Source: the human T2T-CHM13v2.0 reference genome, Homo sapiens
Strand: one strand, 5' to 3'
Length of the DNA stretch: 64,000 bases
NCBI RefSeq assembly: GCF_009914755.1
Contig: NC_060933.1
Shown: piece after piece, positions 61,221 through 64,000 of the stretch
Numbering within the stretch: the stretch's first letter is position 1
Layout of the letters: the number at the start of each line of letters is the position of its first letter
Translations under genes and position numbers: made by a program
The notes under the pieces: generated by a model
What the model was told of the DNA's origin: nothing
Database searches by the model: none
Seen by the model: the letters and a program-made list of their open reading frames with translations, nothing else

Positions 61221-64000
61221 CATTTGCATGGATCCCTGGGTACATAAGCACTGATTCCCTTAGAAAATTAGATGAAATGACGTCTGTGAAATCTCAATTT
61301 TTTATTTGCTGAGATAGCTGAGAGTTTCAGCGGCATATTGGTCTGAGCAATGTATTAATGTATTTATAGCTTACAGAAAAAATGGTCGGAAAGTCTTTTT
61401 TAGAATACATATCAAAGGGGTAATTATTTTTCTTCTGCTCATTGAAAATAACAAAATATTACTTATGAGAGTCAGGTGGTCTCTCTAGCACAGATATAAA
61501 TGTCTTGCACTATTTGACAAGTATTATTTCATCATGTAAGATCAGTCAATTTCAATAAACTTTTTTTCAATCTCATATATTCTGATTTAAATAACTATGG
61601 AATGCAGAGGAAACCAATGATATGCTGTATAGAACAAAATGCCAAGATACTGCAGGTTTGCAAATATGAGGATTCACAACCCATTTTTAGTCTAGTTAAT
61701 ATAATTTTGGATTATTTTTATTTCTTATTTCTATATTCATAATATGTAGTTATTTCCACTTTCAACCAAGACAGTAAATTTTTTTTTTTAGAAAATATAA
61801 GAAATTATGATTGTCATATAGTGGAATACTTAAAGCTTTTAATAAATGGAAAAATATATTTTCTTTTGCATTTTATTTAATTTTTACTGTTATATTTAAC
61901 CTGTCATACTGAAAGAATGTTGGCTAACATAACCCAAATTTAGTATAAGAGCAATTTGTGTATATTATTAATAGAAACAATTGTATGTTGTTCAGTTCCT
62001 GTTACCTTTAATGGCAAGCCAATTTATTTCAATACCAAAGAATTTTGTTAACCATTTATTGTATTTAAGTAACTGTGCTTGATATGGGGCAATCTTTAAA
62101 TAATATAAAAGGAGGGCACCACAATTCAGTGAAAATAGATGTCATTGCATATATACATAATGTAAAAGAATGAGAATATTTAATCTTTGATGAAGTATGT
62201 TAAGGTGTAAAATTAATGAAAAAATATGTATAAACAGACATGACAAACATTTAAAATGATGTCTTAATATTTTAAAGAAACCAAAATTATTGTAAACAGA
62301 ATTAAAATTGAAAAATTTTTTTAAATTGCAAATGTAGGGTGGAAAACTGATCAATATCATTAATATATACTATACAAATAATTCAGTAAAATGGCAATAA
62401 AAATTTCCCAGTAGAAACATTGGAGAGAGGGCAAGGAGGAACAGATAGAATCAAAAGATTAACTGGAGAATTCTCTTGGATTCAAGGTAGACAAATGATA
62501 AATGTTTTTATATTCTACGAGAAATGAGAGAAGTGGTAATCTTTTTGAAAGATAGCTTTGAATTTTAATGGAGCAGCAGTGAAGCCAAAGTTCTCAAAGG
62601 TATGAGTGCTTTGCTGTCAATGAAGTGTCATTTAGAAGATTATAATATGTTTGCCTCATGATAGCAAATCCTAAGGTCATATAACTGGTTGGGTTTGGAT
62701 GATAGAAGGAATTACTGATAATATTCTTAAGTTTTTATGTATAAGCTTATGATTACAGGAGAAGACAGTAGACTGGAGACTGTCACTTATGGTGTTGATT
62801 GTGCAGCGTATTATGCACACATTATAATTGATATAATAAATATAGTGTCATAAGCATAAGTTAGGATTTCTGAATATGCATAATTTGAAATTTATTCTCA
62901 GAGTCTCCAATTTAACTGTAGTGGAATTTTACTAGCTGTTGCAGTTTGCCGATTCAAGGAGCTTGACATTAATTGCTTGTACTATCTTCCAGTAAAAATG
63001 TAGTATGCTTGTACTATTAGGCATGACAGCTCACTTTCTGTATCTCCACTCTTGAAACACATTTATGAATCAATTTATTTTTTCTCTAACTTTTATAGAT
63101 CACTTTATTTTCCTTCTCTCTAAGTCATTAATTAAATATTGAATACTTTATTTTTCATTCAGCTCAATAATTTCATTATTGGTTAATTTACAAATATTGT
63201 CAATGATATATAATCAAGTTATATATCAGGAGTTAATAGGCTTTTACTATTCTGCAATTTCTTGGAATAACATAAATTATTTGTGTTTAGTATCAATGGG
63301 CCTTAACCTACCAGAATTATAATTTCCAGCTGTGTCTTAGGCAAAGAATTAAACTTGGGAGATATATATATACACACACACATATATATTTCTGATATCT
63401 TTTTCTGGAAGCTATGTTTAAATTTTAACAGAGCAGAAACTTGCCTGCAATAACTTTAGGAAAGTAATTTCACAGTATGACGCATTGGTATTTTCAGAAT
63501 TGATTTAGATTCAATAATTCAGTTACTAAGACCTTCAGTCACAAAGCAGTCTCTACTAGTGCTGCCTTTGACCATCATAGATTTCAGGTAGTCTATTTCC
63601 CTGCCAAGTTTAATGTCTCATCATACATCTCTGCCTTGTTAATTCACATGGCTGACCTTGTTCTTTCTCACAATATTATGGGCCATACTTACCCCTTATG
63701 TTTCACCTCAGACCTCAGCACATTAATTTTCATCTTTTAAAACTTCCCTACTCATCCAGAAAAACAAAGATTTTAGGCTAATATTTGAGTTTAAAGTCTT
63801 ACTGCAATATATTACTGTTATACACAGTTCCTTGCATCATCCATGGTAAGGAGGATTACTGTCAAACTGACAGCAGGATTTGTAATGTCAACAGAGGTAA
63901 ACTATGAGAAATATATCATTAGCTTTTTTTTCAATCCCTTTTAAATGAAAATACAGAAGAAAGTGGTAATCTTAATGCACAGAAACAAGCAAAGTATGTT

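Overview
AT-rich primate genomic DNA (human or another ape, judged from AluJ/S/Y, L1PA3-like and MER11 elements). It is intergenic or deep-intronic, with no intact protein-coding gene, RNA gene or CRISPR array that I can support. Most of the window is layered retrotransposon and DNA-transposon fossils. The outlier is a GC-rich island at about 57.36-60.07 kb that interrupts an old L2 element. It carries a two-exon, intron-containing pseudogene of the CDRT15/CDRT15L2/C2orf27 family on the minus strand (one frameshift, two premature stops), preceded by about 30 degenerate 18-19 bp quasi-palindromic repeats. The island is bounded by two truncated repeats and looks like a DNA-level duplicative insertion. 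Also notable are a young twin-primed L1 whose inversion duplicates 24 bp, an AluSp whose A-tail became a 36-bp alternating purine-pyrimidine tract, and solo LTRs with intact TSDs. Repeat subfamily names and protein homologies come from recall of consensus sequences, not from database searches. Boundaries of old elements are approximate. I found no convincing evidence of a wholly new biological system.
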